Made by a program: the position numbers and the translations under genes
In this document: piece by piece, positions 48,901 to 61,280 of the stretch
Position numbering within the stretch: the first letter of the stretch is position 1
Layout: each line of letters starts with the position of its first letter
DNA from: Chiloscyllium plagiosum
Taxonomy: Eukaryota
Length of the DNA stretch: 64,000 bases
Assembly: GCF_004010195.1 (NCBI RefSeq)
Contig: NC_057729.1
Coordinates: 31,404,544 to 31,468,543 of the forward strand
Direction: 5' to 3'
The notes under the pieces: model-generated
What the model was told of the DNA's origin: nothing
What the model saw: only the letters and a program-made list of their open reading frames with translations
Database searches by the model: none

Positions 48901-51900
48901 ATTTCAAGCTTTTGCAGTATTCATTTAGAAATCGTTAGGGAAAGACCTATGCACAATAGGTGCAATGTTTGAGTGTTCTGTCCCGGAATTGTTAACTTGA
49001 TTCACGCAAGCCCAGATGTTACCAGACCCACGCGTACTAAATAAATGTCTAAACGAGATACAATTGTGTGTATTTGCACCCTGCAAAGCCATTTTGATTG
49101 AAAACACACTTCGCACGTTGCATCGGGACATTGAACTTACTCTTCTTGAGACTAAATACCATAGTCGGTCCTCCAAATGCAACTCACATTCTTTAATGCA
49201 GATCATTTCTCATAGAATTAACAACCCACTGTTTACCGCGTGCTTTAAAAAATTCTGGGGAGCCATAAGGGATCCAATGAATACTGTCTAATGGTGTTTG
49301 TTTTTTAAAAAAAAGTACGTAAAAGTGATCTTTGGAGAGAGAGGCCTTTGTGATGAACAGACCAGTAGAATGTAGAGGCGAGAATACGCGCCTTTCTTAC
49401 CTGAAACTGACAAGCTTTCAATATTTCCCGCGGGAACACAAGTCGGGTGATTGTCTCAGAATCAGTACTAAAAGCAACATCCAAACTCCACATTGGTCCA
49501 TATATGTTTCTAAATGATACAAAACTAAAATTAAAAGTATCTGTGATCACACTTGGCCTGTGCCTGTTATGGGGTTGTAGTGGCCGGTGGCCACAAGGAA
49601 TGTGGCCTATTACCATTTTGTTTTGTCCCAAGCTGAAGCTGGCCCCCTTTCACGGCACTCCATTCATTCAAATCACCGCTCGCACTCTTTATTGTAAGAG
49701 ACGGGCTTTCAGGCCTTGAATTGTTCCCTCTTAACAATGAATTCTTTTGTTTACGCCTTTCTTTTATACTCCACTATAATGCTGATGGCACTTCAGGCCC
49801 AGGTCTCTGCAAATGTTTGCAAAATTATACCTTTACATCATACGCTCAGAAACGGCTGCCTACTGCAGACCCCAAAACATTATTTAAAACTAATTTGATG
49901 ATAAAACTGCAAAATATATTAAACGGAACTAGCAAAAGGCCAACTTTTAGGAGGGTGTGACTATTCATTAAAATATGTTGATAATCTGTAACATATATTC
50001 TTGGTTGATAGAACTACATCTTATGAAATCAAAGGTAATTGGGATTAAATGCATTAAGAATAATCTGGTATTTCGGTCGATCGAGATGTTCTGCATGCTC
50101 CTCAGAACATTTTCTCCTGCAAAGGGACGATTAAGACTATCTCAGGAAAATTAAACCGTAACGTTGGAGAAATCATTCTACGGAAATAAGCCACTACAAA
50201 CTCCATTGCATTCTAATAGTAAACAGCCTTGAGAAAAGCTTCATGCATTTTCAGCAAGAAACGGTCTATCGGTGCATTTTCCGGATGTTGAACAATTTTA
50301 TGTCTGATTTGGTTTTAGCTGTAAATCAAATATGCCATTTTGCAAATCCAGAAGAACTTGTATCCATCTTTAGTTGAATTGATGAATGATTTGTCAAGCA
50401 GGGGTTTCCCGCTGTGACCGCGGACCCGTCACTGGGCCAAGAATGTAGGAATGATCACCCTGGACAGCAGTAACAACAACAAAAATCAGTGACCACAGCA
50501 TCTAAGCTATTCCCAGGGACGAAGAGTTAGATGGTTTTGTCCTTAAAGGTAATGACGAGAACAGTGAGAAGAACCCATTAAAATAAGGCCAGATTTGATT
50601 GTCAAAGCACACCACCAAAATATGTTTTGGGGTTATTCAGCGACGAAAGGCCTGACTTTTATGGTTTGTTTGTACAGTTAGATGTGAAAATATTAAGCAC
50701 TGCGAGGTTAACCGCGTAATATTTTGTTTAAAGGATGGTTTTCCTGAGTAACCTATTGACCCAATCAATAGATGTGGTAAATTGCTTAGCAGTTTATTGG
50801 TTTGGGTTTTGCTGGGTATTGTGGATGCTTCGAGAACTGGATTCGCTTAAGCAGCCTGTGTGTAAGCCCAGGAACATATGGCGGGGAGGTTTGTGCTTAC
50901 ATAGACACACTAACATAACACTTTTTAAAGTATTTGTGAGCTGGTGATAACGTTTCATCTGTGTATAGAAATCGTGGTTTCCCATGGATAAATATTGACG
51001 CATTCTGCACAGTTTTCATGAGATTTTTTTTGTAGATGTGCGGAAATGGGCAGGTCGAAGTTCCATTATAACCATGATGGTCATTGTCCACTTCTACACA
51101 ATAAATAGACACAATTGTACCTGCTTTGATATTTATACTTCTAAAACTATCAAAATTTTGATTTCTTTTTCTGGGAGCAAAGGGGGAGTTACCCAATAAA
51201 TTAGGTGTTATTCAATCCCATAAATCTACTTTTTAGAAAATATTATAATGATATATGTTTTAGATATAAATTTATATAGTTCCAGCACTCTACCAGTTCT
51301 ATCTGAGGTGGGGGGAAGAGGGGAATATGCGGGTATTACTCCTGTTCCATTTTAAATATTGACTTGCCCAAATCTTTAAAAAAAGAATCCCGTTGCTTTC
51401 TTTATGATTGCTAACACATTTCAAATACCCTCTTGCATTCATAAGTTTATTTGCGTTGCTTTCATAGAATATAGAACACATATACCAGAAGATGAAACTT
51501 TGATGGAAAAAAGGTCATATTATTAAAACAAATTATGAAAATAATCAGTGACACATTAAAATGGCAGTTGCTTTCCCTGCCACAGCACAGAATTTTTTAT
51601 CCGAACACTTTGGCCTTGTTTTTGCTTAGTTATTTAGGTTTGATTTCACTTCGATTGTACATTTCCTGATGGAAATCCGGTATTGTGTCCTCGCCTCTCA
51701 AAGATAAACCAACAAAACTTGCAGAAATTCGGTTATGTAGAAATTCTCAATGTTAGACCTGGCATTATAACACAGCAAACTGGAGCTTTTGTTGTCAAAG
51801 GAGTATAACGAACAATACTGAGAATCAAGATGATGCATTTATAATTGACAGCCAAATTTTGCAAATATTCGGTGGTATAATTCTACGTATTGTATCATAA

Positions 51901-52405
51901 CTTCTAACGTGAACAACATGAACGGAATTCTATGCGAATTAAAGTTTAAAACCGTGGCATTCGATTTAAAACCGAATTACAGCTATGCAGTTTTGTTTTA
52001 ATCGTTCTCAGGCTGCAGTCGTTTAAGGAAGGATTCTACTGCAAGGTGTGTCCCATCAATTTCGACCCGCAACAATTCCACGGCTTAATTCCATCTTTGA
52101 AACCAAAAACACATTTTCCAACAAGAAGAAACGTAAAGAGTATTATAGTGCGTTTTAGCCATAAAGGTAACGGGGATTTTCTAAGTCAAAATATAAACAC
52201 AATGGTTCTAAAATTTAATTTGTAATAAAGTTCCGTTTATAATTTGTGTCAAAGTTCCCAATGCAGATGCTTACATAACTACCCCAACAATAAGCATTGC
52301 TTGTATGCACGCTATTGAAGAATGTCTATGGAGGCGTGTAAAAAGGTTTTTGACCCCCTGATGGTGTTTATTTGCTGCCTAGGCCAGTGAGAGAGCGAAA
52401 GCAAC

Positions 52406-52422
52406 AGAGAGAGAGAGAGAGA
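52406..52422. repeat. (GA)n microsatellite
   Basis: agagagagagagagaga. Confidence 0.85.
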
Positions 52423-54262
52423 GCGTGTTATTGTAATGCAGAAGGCGCGGCCTCGTTCAGATGGAGATGTGCGGCCCAAGAAACCGGTAATCCGGGACAT
52501 CAGGCTTGTAACGTCCCATTTTGCCCGGCTTCGAACTATTTTCCAGTAAAATCTCAGCTTCTTTTACAGACATGAAGCATGAGGGATGAAGAAGACCATA
52601 GTTTGAAAGATGGGTGACCGTCCTCGGCAAATGAAGCAATTCTAGGCGAGTAATGTGGTTGTTTAATGCAGCGATGCCTTGTATATTCTGCTCTCAAATA
52701 CCAATGCGCGTTGCTGATGTTAAGCAAGATAAAATATGATTTAGGATGATCTGTGTAAGAGTAGCTGCCGGGCCTACCTGAAAAAGATGTAGCAGAAATA
52801 GACAAATTCTAGAAGCGTTGGCCCGTAGAAGTGGGGCACAGGGCCCTCCACCACGATTAAGTATTAATATTTTGAGTTTCGGCCCTGCTTCTCTTTTAAA
52901 ATGTTAGAATAATCACAACATGTGGGCGTGATGTGGTATTAAATGTGGAAAAACAGATTTTCGCAGTTAATATTTTGTGCGTTATCGGGAGGAAAGCGCG
53001 CCTTATTTTGAGATCAATGTCCACCGATCAGTCCGAAATCCAAACAGTACATGTGGCCAGGCTGCGCCCGGTATAGACTTTGCAGTGCAAATGCTCGATG
53101 TTGCTGTGATCTCTGAATCATGTTAGTTTTAAAGCCAAATACAGACATCTCGAAAGATTTTTTTAAAAAAATCAATCGATATACCGATCTCAAATGCTGC
53201 AGATAGCTTGGCTCTTTGTCTCTTCTAACAGTGGGTGGTAGACTAGGGAAAGGAAGAAAATGGCGAGTCGCAATCATTTACATTTTCTTCCGGTATATCG
53301 ATCGATTTTGCCTGCCTTCCACTGCGGTCCGCAGAAATTGAAGTGCAGAGTGGTAGGAAGATTCTCCATAATCACTATTTAAAGTCTTTGCATAAATGAT
53401 TTCGTATATATGCATGTAAAAGCCCGTGTCCTGTTTGCTAATGGAACAGCACAGTAAATCACATATTTCTGCCATTTCATTGAACATTTTGCAGAAAGCT
53501 GTAAACAAAATAAAGTTGAGAGATTTATGCATAAAGCAAGGAATCTTATCTCATAATTTCCAACTTACTGTTCATTAAACTCAAGTAAACAGTTAATTCT
53601 CATTTATTCGAGTACATATTGTCTAATTTTTAGAAGACAAAGTGTGTTGAAGAATACACAATTCAGGGCTGATGATTTAAAATGTGCTATATTTTAAATG
53701 CACACTAAATCTCAAGTGTAGCATTATTTTAAATATTTTGGATAATTTATCGACGATATGTAAATATTAATAAATCTATTCATTTATTCAGTTTTCTGTT
53801 ATAAATCTGTCACCTAGCATTCCGTAATTGTAATTCTGCTAACCTATTTAAGTGACATCACAGATCCGTCTCGAAAAAGTGATTAAAAAGCAAAGAACTC
53901 AACATCACTGTTAAACGGGTAGTGGCTTAAAACATGCAGTAATTCCTTTGAAATGAAGCAATTTACATGTATACAGATATTGCTACAATGGTGTTGTTCC
54001 ACCAGACAAACTGAACACATGCATAAATTGTTGAACTTAAATAAACGTTGTATCCTTTATTTCTGCCTGAGAATGGATCTGTCTTCGATTTGCTCATAAG
54101 CAGCCAATGCAATTTTTAAATATATATTCACCAAGCGTATTCAGAAGTAATTAAGAAGTCCCGCTTGATTTCGTGGCAAGCAAAAATTCAGCACTGTCAG
54201 AGATGTGTCCGGATTAAGTAACAATGAGGTCACCCTCACAGGTATAAAAAGTGCTGATTCGT

Positions 54263-54283
54263 TTCAATACCATGGACAGCGAT
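54263..54283 (+). promoter_or_regulatory. RE1/NRSE (REST)-like site
   Basis: ttcaataccatggacagcgat versus consensus TTCAGCACCnnGGACAGCGCC, with an intact right half and canonical spacing. Vertebrate miR-124 loci are established REST targets. Confidence 0.6.
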
Positions 54284-54779
54284 CAGTCTGCCCTTAAACC
54301 GTTACCAAGGTTTTTGCATACTTCAACACTGATCTAACTTTATCAATATGCAGCTGTAAAACCTTTGTCTGTTTAAGCTTTTTGGCAATGAAATAAATCT
54401 AAAGCCAAATACGAACCGTAAAATATTAATAATACTAAATACAGGCAATATCGGGGTATCGACGAGAAGGTTTTCACATACGTGTGTGTGGATATTAAGA
54501 ACATAAAGCGGAGAGTTAGCACTTTGGCCAGAAGTGACAATGAAAACCGTGTCTTTCTAAAACTTGAATTTTCATTTGTTCTTAAATGTGAGCTGTGCTG
54601 TTATAATATGTGCTCGATTTGGACCCAACACAGAACTGTGTTGGAGGAGAAGGGTTTTGTCATTCAGTAATACGTCAATTAAAAGAAACTGTTTACAAGA
54701 TGGTATTCGTTTAGAATTTCACTCCTTCAGTTTCAAGGACATCCTGCTGATCAGGATTTGGTTAATGGAGGAGAACTTC

Positions 54780-54880
54780 TGGCCCAGCAATGACGTCATG
54801 GGTCCAATGTAATCCTCTTGTGCTGAACCCAATCAGCAGATGTGTCGCTTGTCTGGATGGAGAGCGATTAATCCGTTAGA
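54780..54880 (+). promoter_or_regulatory. Candidate pri-miR-124 proximal promoter
   Basis: Full CRE TGACGTCA (54791-54798), CCAAT boxes (54804, 54829), TAATCC (54810, 54869) and E-box CAGATG (54837), about 0.85 kb upstream of the hairpin. Confidence 0.55.
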
Positions 54881-55682
54881 CTGGATCAGATCAGCAGCAG
54901 CGCCAGGACTGGACCAAACTGCCTCTAGTCCGATAAAGAGACCGGATAAATTGCAGAAGCTTTTTCGCCTCTTTAACAGTCTGGGATGGAGGAGTGGAGG
55001 ACCAACCGTTCTTCAGCTGATTGCAGCTCTAACCATTGCTGGTGCCTGGGAAGAGTTGCTGATCCCTTCTCTTCAGTATTGTAGAACGAGATGGGCATGA
55101 AAACAGTGAATGCAGGGAGATCAATCGCCTTTTTTTCTCCCTTCCCCGCTCTATTCAAGTGAACCAAAAAAAAGCCAGCGCATTGGAGTTCGTTAACAAT
55201 GGATGTGTCAGGGACACTTTCATCCGACGCAGAAGCTACCCGGCAATGGAATCGGTAAATCTGCTAAAAACTAGTGGTGCTATACACTGTAATTATGGGT
55301 TTAGGCGGAATAACAATGCGCAATGTCCTGTCTACACTGTAATTTGGGAAGAAAAACTGGATTTTGCAATCGATATTAATGTGCTGGTCTTGAACGTGGA
55401 GATTAACTGGAAGCAAGAGCAAAAAGCCCCTTAAATTGTAGAGAGTTGTTTTCTTTATCTTTAAACTACAGAAGCACGGAACTTAGCATCCTGATCGATG
55501 AAGATTGTGTTGTTTTCATGTGTTATATGTTTTTTTCTTTTGTTCAACTATTCGGCCAGTACGTATTTTTAAAGAAATAACAATAAGTGGGTGGATTTTC
55601 AATGCAAATAAAGGTTGTTTAATTGGTGATTTAGAGCCAACCGGACAGTTTCTGTTACTTGGCGATGCTGACTCCTGCTCTC

Positions 55683-55742
55683 CGTGTTCACAGCGGACCT
55701 TGATTTAATGTCCATACAATTAAGGCACGCGGTGAATGCCAA
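55683..55742 (+). ncRNA. mir-124: microRNA-124 precursor (5p 55683-55704; 3p mature 55721-55742)
   Basis: Exact vertebrate mature sequence UAAGGCACGCGGUGAAUGCCAA and star sequence CGUGUUCACAGCGGACCUUGAU, with loop UUAAUGUCCAUACAAU. Lower stem ctct/agag. Confidence 0.99.
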
Positions 55743-58339
55743 GAGAGGGGCCGTCAAACTTCAATCCCAATTTAATTGGACGCAGCAGCCTTTAAAGAAA
55801 CACCACAATATCATCCGCCTATGTAATCAAATAGGGCAAGTCTACCCTTTTAATATTTAAGATCCAAATTTTTTTTAAATTCTAGCGTTTAGGTTTCGGT
55901 CGAAAAGTTACAGCGCCTACGCAACGTTATTTTCTTCGACCTTATGTAATAAGTGGGCCAGCCTGTAGTTTAGATTGAATTAATACCAACACCGGACAAA
56001 AGCAGCGAGGTGTAGTTTCAGTCAGCTGTTGTGATTTCTCTTATTCTTTTTGATGATAGATTTCGATTTGTTCCAGTTATTATCACATTGTATTTGTAAA
56101 CTGGCGTGCGGTCTTGTAAATCCGAAGCTTAGTAGATCTTCTACTTTGTACATTCTCGGCTCGATTAGGCGAGTTCTCTCTCGCTGCTGTATTCCTGCAC
56201 AGCCGACTATTAAATAGCAATTTTGCCTAAAAGGACCTGGTTTCAGTAGTTGAAATTATTTGTGTTCGTACCTGTCTCTCTGCCAATCTTCCTCAAGAGC
56301 CAGAAGTAAAACGGAGGCAATTCACTTAATGGAACCCCAAGGTTAATGACAATCATTGCTTCATTGTTATAACACAAGAACCTCATAAAATGTTGTCGGG
56401 CTATAAATAATGGGTTGAGATAGGGCCCTGTCAGCAATGTTCAAAGGGTTTGTTTTTAATATCTCGCGCAAAGTCAGCATTGCATTTGACCTAAAGGGCA
56501 CCTTCTTAAATTGGCTTTTATTTTTTTAAAAATCTTGTACCATTAATTTACTTTTGACTATTAACTCTTGCCTATTACATGAATCATATTCACAAATGTC
56601 AATATTCAGTCGCACATTTATATACCAATTTGCTTTGGACGGATTATTTAAAAGAATTTCGGAAAGGGGCGATGTTCTAAACACTACCAGTGATTGATAA
56701 ACTGTATTGTCAGTTTAAATAAGGGAAATTTAATAGAATGCTACATTGCAATCTAGAATTCAACAAAACAATCCGGGCTTTTCTACCTCAAAAACTCGAC
56801 CCTATATTTGCTCAATGCAGGCAGAATCTTTTTATTCTGCTCGCTCTGACGTGCAGGCGTGACAAAATGTCATTTTAAGGTGTGTCAATGTGTTTCCATT
56901 TGTAGTTCTGCTATTTAAATTGTTCAGAGTATATGCGTAAATACTAGACTCGGAAAAGAGTATAGGAGAGATCAGTTTGAACTGTAGGGAGCAATTTGTG
57001 TGAACTCCTTGCGTTGATACAAAGAAATAAAGCGAGAATGAATCTTAGCAAATCGTTCAAAGGCTATGTAACCATGGCCCACGTCATCATAGTTGAGGTC
57101 GCCCTTGCATTATTCGATTTGTCTTAAAACATGAGATCGCTGCAGATAAATTCAAAATCTTATCGTTAAAATGTTTTTTTTCCTCATGTCAAATATACAA
57201 ACAAGCTTAGATTTTTGTGTTTAGAAGGGTTGTGATGTATTGGTAACGAGAGGTTACTGTACCGAACTCAGTCAGACTGGGAGGTTTAGAGGCGAAGATT
57301 CTAAATTCACTTCACTGGCGCGATCTATTGAGATTCTTTGGGTTTTAAACGATCAATTCTAACAGCAGTTGCGTTATGTACAACATTCCATTGAATAGAA
57401 TACACATTTTGATGTTTTGTTTTATGTGTGCAGATGGAAGACAACAGCGAACAGACGTACTGAATGGTCTTGGATACTGGGCCGATGAAACAGAACCAGG
57501 AAATAGTACTAAAATCCAAAACAGATTAAACATGATAGAGTTGGACAGAACATAATTTTATGCAAACACTCTTTTGTTTGCCCCATAACCCCAAACCTTT
57601 GTCACTCATTGCCCTCCCTTCTAGCTGTTGGTTAATATAAATCAAAGTCCATCACGATTGCCTATTACATCACCTGGTGTTCAATGGAACTGAAGGTCTA
57701 GCCATTTCTCTGTGCTATATCGATGAACAGAATTGATCGCATTTTCACCAATCCGAAACAGCCTATTAATAGTTGAACAATATATTTTCACTGTCGATGC
57801 TGTAACATCGGGGCGTTTCGGTGAACCCTTTAGTTTTCTCTGTTGACCCCGTTGCACCACCTATTATAATTCTGTGGAGTGTTGGCTTTCTCCCATACTG
57901 CAGTATTGCGTGTTATTAAAGCGCCCCCTCCAGGTTCATACTCTTCATTTCCGATCCGAAATCTAAGCGTTCGAATCAAGTCTATCAGTATGAAGTATTT
58001 TTACAATTTTAAACGTACATTCATTTCAGCCACCGAACTACCATTTAACGTGTATCGAAACAAAGCAAGGTTAGCACAAAATTATCCCTAACACAAAATG
58101 GAAATCTCGGATGTGCATTTATGGAACGTCTAAACTGCTTCTCAGAACTTCACAGTTAAGTGATTTCTCTGAGATGTTCTTGTCTTCTAGGAAGACTTAG
58201 CACGTTTCATAACCACATTGAGATGAATGATCGGGTTTTTTTTTTGTTTCACTCGCTATTCGAGGGAGGAATAGTGGGCCCAACCTGTTTTCTACAAGTT
58301 CCAATTGTACTTCCTCCAAAGAACTGCTGCATCTCAATG

Positions 58340-58490
58340 GGGCCTTTGTTCAACGCCTCATCCAAAGGATAGTACTTGCAACAATGCGGCACTCTTATCA
58401 GTCCTGCATTGAAGTGTCCCGTGAGATTAAGTGCTCACGTACTGGATACACGCTTAAATCGGAAGCGTTTTGACTCAGAGAATACGTTGA
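58340..58490 (-). mobile_element. Degraded Deu-type SINE fragment
   Basis: Minus strand ctctgagtcaaaac...tgagcacttaatc...gacacttcaatgcaggactga..gagtgccgcattgt...ttggatgaggcgttgaac. Confidence 0.65.
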
Positions 58491-60112
58491 GCGTAACAAT
58501 TGATGGGATGTTTCTGGAGAAGTAATTTACTAAACGGGAGCGAGTCACACTAAACCTAATATTTCTTGTGAAGGATAAGTGAAAATTTATATGGAGAACT
58601 AGTCTTAAATATTGTAAACCGGCTAAATTGAACTAACAAGGATCTGCATGATACAGCCGCACAGTAATACTGTTCGAAAGTAACCCTGTTCGCAATTTCA
58701 ATTTCCAACAACGTCTTCTGTTGGATCAGATTCACAAATTTAATATCGTTTTATGTTCTTGAAGTAGATTTTGAAATAGATTGTTTAGGATAAAGGATTC
58801 TAAAAATATAAACAGGGAAGATTATATATGTAGTTCCATTTCAGATAGGATTGCTAAATGTGATCGCTCTTTGCGAAGATCAATTAATTGCAATCCGGTG
58901 TATTTTTAGCACGGTAATGCTTTGTGAAGCTATTCTTGCTCTCATTTTACCCATCCTGCCGCCCCACGTGGGTATGTCACCTTCGGTTTTCCATAAGAGT
59001 TCAAATTACATTAGTGACTTTGCTGTTTCCGCCATTAATACATTTGAAATCGAGTTTTTGCCAATGATAGCATATTCTTGGGTTCTTAAAATATTAATGT
59101 ACAAATCGTACAATGGAAAGGCTAATCTGGCGACACAAGTATAGAGCTCAGTCTATTCCGTGTAGAACGGAATGATACGTAGGGATAGTTAATATAGCTC
59201 CAGTGCACACTTTAGTATCCCTATTTCCGCAGTATAAGCATTGCTACAGGTAATGCGAATAAAGGCAACTTCAATTGGTTTCCACTGTTTCTTTTAAAAT
59301 AAATAAACAAACTTTCTTTGTTTTTGAAGTAGAATCGAATGATTAGTGTAATAAGATTGATTTATTTGTAACTCCACATCGTTAACGTCAGGCCACGCAA
59401 GATAGACAGGTCTTTCCACTGCTTTTCCCTCCGCTGACTGTCAGCTAATCACTACTGTATTATAGGAAACGTATCCACATTAGACAAAAGCAGTGTTTGC
59501 ATTGCCTTTAACATTCCAATTGTGTGCAAATATAAACTAAAGAACAAGTAAGTGATTTTGAAACAAGTAACCTGGAAGTAACAGCTGGAAATCTTAATCA
59601 AAGCGGAAAATGGGAAATAGCCAACGAGTTTGTTAGCAACTGAGAAGAAAGCAACTTAAAGTGGCTCTCAAGGTTGGGAATCCATCACCACAACTGGCTC
59701 TCCATTCGGACTGAGTCTTCTTCCCATACATTAAGCTGCCTTTTTACGAACCCTATGATGTGGATACACTAATTCTTGGTTTATTTTATTCCATTTTATC
59801 TTGGTGTGTACAGGTGCATTGTTATTTAATCAGTGAATACAATTCCCGGGCTAAATTAAAGCAGAACTTTCATATTTGTTAAGTATATCTTTTCTATCCC
59901 CACTTTTCTTATTTATTTCCCTTGCTTCATATTTGGAGTTTCGTCGATACAGCCCTGTCTTTTTATTCACTTTAAATATGGCTGAACAAGAACAAAAAAG
60001 TCTGCACTGTGATAGTAATGAGAAAACTGGAATATTTCGGGATTGGTTATCTGTGCGTTTGTAATTTTCCGTGCACGCAATTAAAACGCAGATGTAACTC
60101 AGTTTTGCCATC

Positions 60113-60155
60113 GGGGAGCTGGGGCGGGTGGAGGGGGTGTCGGAAATCGGAAATG
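60113..60155 (+). promoter_or_regulatory. GC box / G-quadruplex motif with tandem ETS-like sites
   Basis: GGGG-AGCT-GGGG-C-GGG-TGGA-GGGGG followed by cggaaatcggaaatg. Confidence 0.4.
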
Positions 60156-61084
60156 CAGTAGCTCTGACTACATCCGGACAGAGAATCAGGATTAACGATG
60201 AACTTTCATCAATTCGGAAAGCTCATCGTCCTTTTGCATTTGCTTCCTCAGATCTCCGTTTTGGCCCTCTGAACATTTCTAGTAGTTCCTGGGTCTTTCA
60301 TTTGGTCAACCAATAAACGTGGCTCGGGAATCGGGTCAAACAAACAACTTTAAATATATATTTTAAAAATCAAACGTGAAAATGAAAACAAAAACGCTTA
60401 AAGTATGTCCCCAGTAGAAATTTTTCAACTGTAGTGAAGACAGGTCTTTTTTTTACAGTTCCTTGAGACGTTTCTGTGTTTAGGTCAGTTCAAGGTGATA
60501 TGGTAAACGCTGATATTGGATAGTTGGAATTTGTATGGACAAATGCTTGCAGTCTATGTGGTGACTATCATTGTGAGTTTTAACCATGAATGGATTGGGT
60601 GATCAAACATATCCTACCTCCCTTCTAATAGCTACGTTACTATTTGTGGGGTGCCAGCATCGACTGGTCTTCCAGGGGGAAAAAAAGCTGCTTTCAAGAA
60701 ATTGAGTTCACGGTTTTTCATAACATGCCGGATTAATATTTTCCTTCATACATTTCGACAATTCTTTAATTCATGAGAAATTTGTAAAGCGGCTACATCA
60801 GGGAAGCTTCGATCTTTCATTGACGCCATATCGAGAATAATAATGAATATAGATTTCTCAGTTGAATGCATGGATGGTATAATCATTATTAAGAGGATTG
60901 ATAATTGCAAAGTCCGTTTCCGATTATGCTGATCCTCCAAGCAATCCTTTGTTCTCCACTTAATCCTTTGTAACAGTGCACACCTTATTTATTAATGTCG
61001 CTTGGTAAATTTCGCTGCCGATTTTCACCAATTCAATATGTCAAATTAGTATTGTGATTTTTTTAAATAGATCAAAGAACCCAA

Positions 61085-61280
61085 TGATTGGTTAAATGTG
61101 TTTGCCAATCAGAATATTGTGGGTTCAACTCCTGCATCGGCTGAGGCTACCATAAAGATTGTTGTCCTTCTTAACATGTTCCCCTTGCCTGAGGCGTGAT
61201 AACCGTCAGTTTACACCACCACCAGTCATCTCTCTACATTGAGAGAGCAGTCTGGTAAGACAATGTCGATTTTAACTTAT
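61085..61280 (+). mobile_element. tRNA-derived SINE remnant
   Basis: B box gggttcaactcc, then ggctgagg...ccccttgcctgaggcgtg...accaccaccagtcatctctct...gagagcag. Confidence 0.55.

Noticed and set aside
50399-50440. caggggtttccc as a hAT transposon terminus
   Set aside because: No partner inverted repeat or 8-bp TSD found.
59150-59225. Short inverted repeats (ttccgt/acggaa, tagggata/tatcccta) as a structured RNA
   Set aside because: Stems of 6-8 bp are expected by chance in 64 kb.
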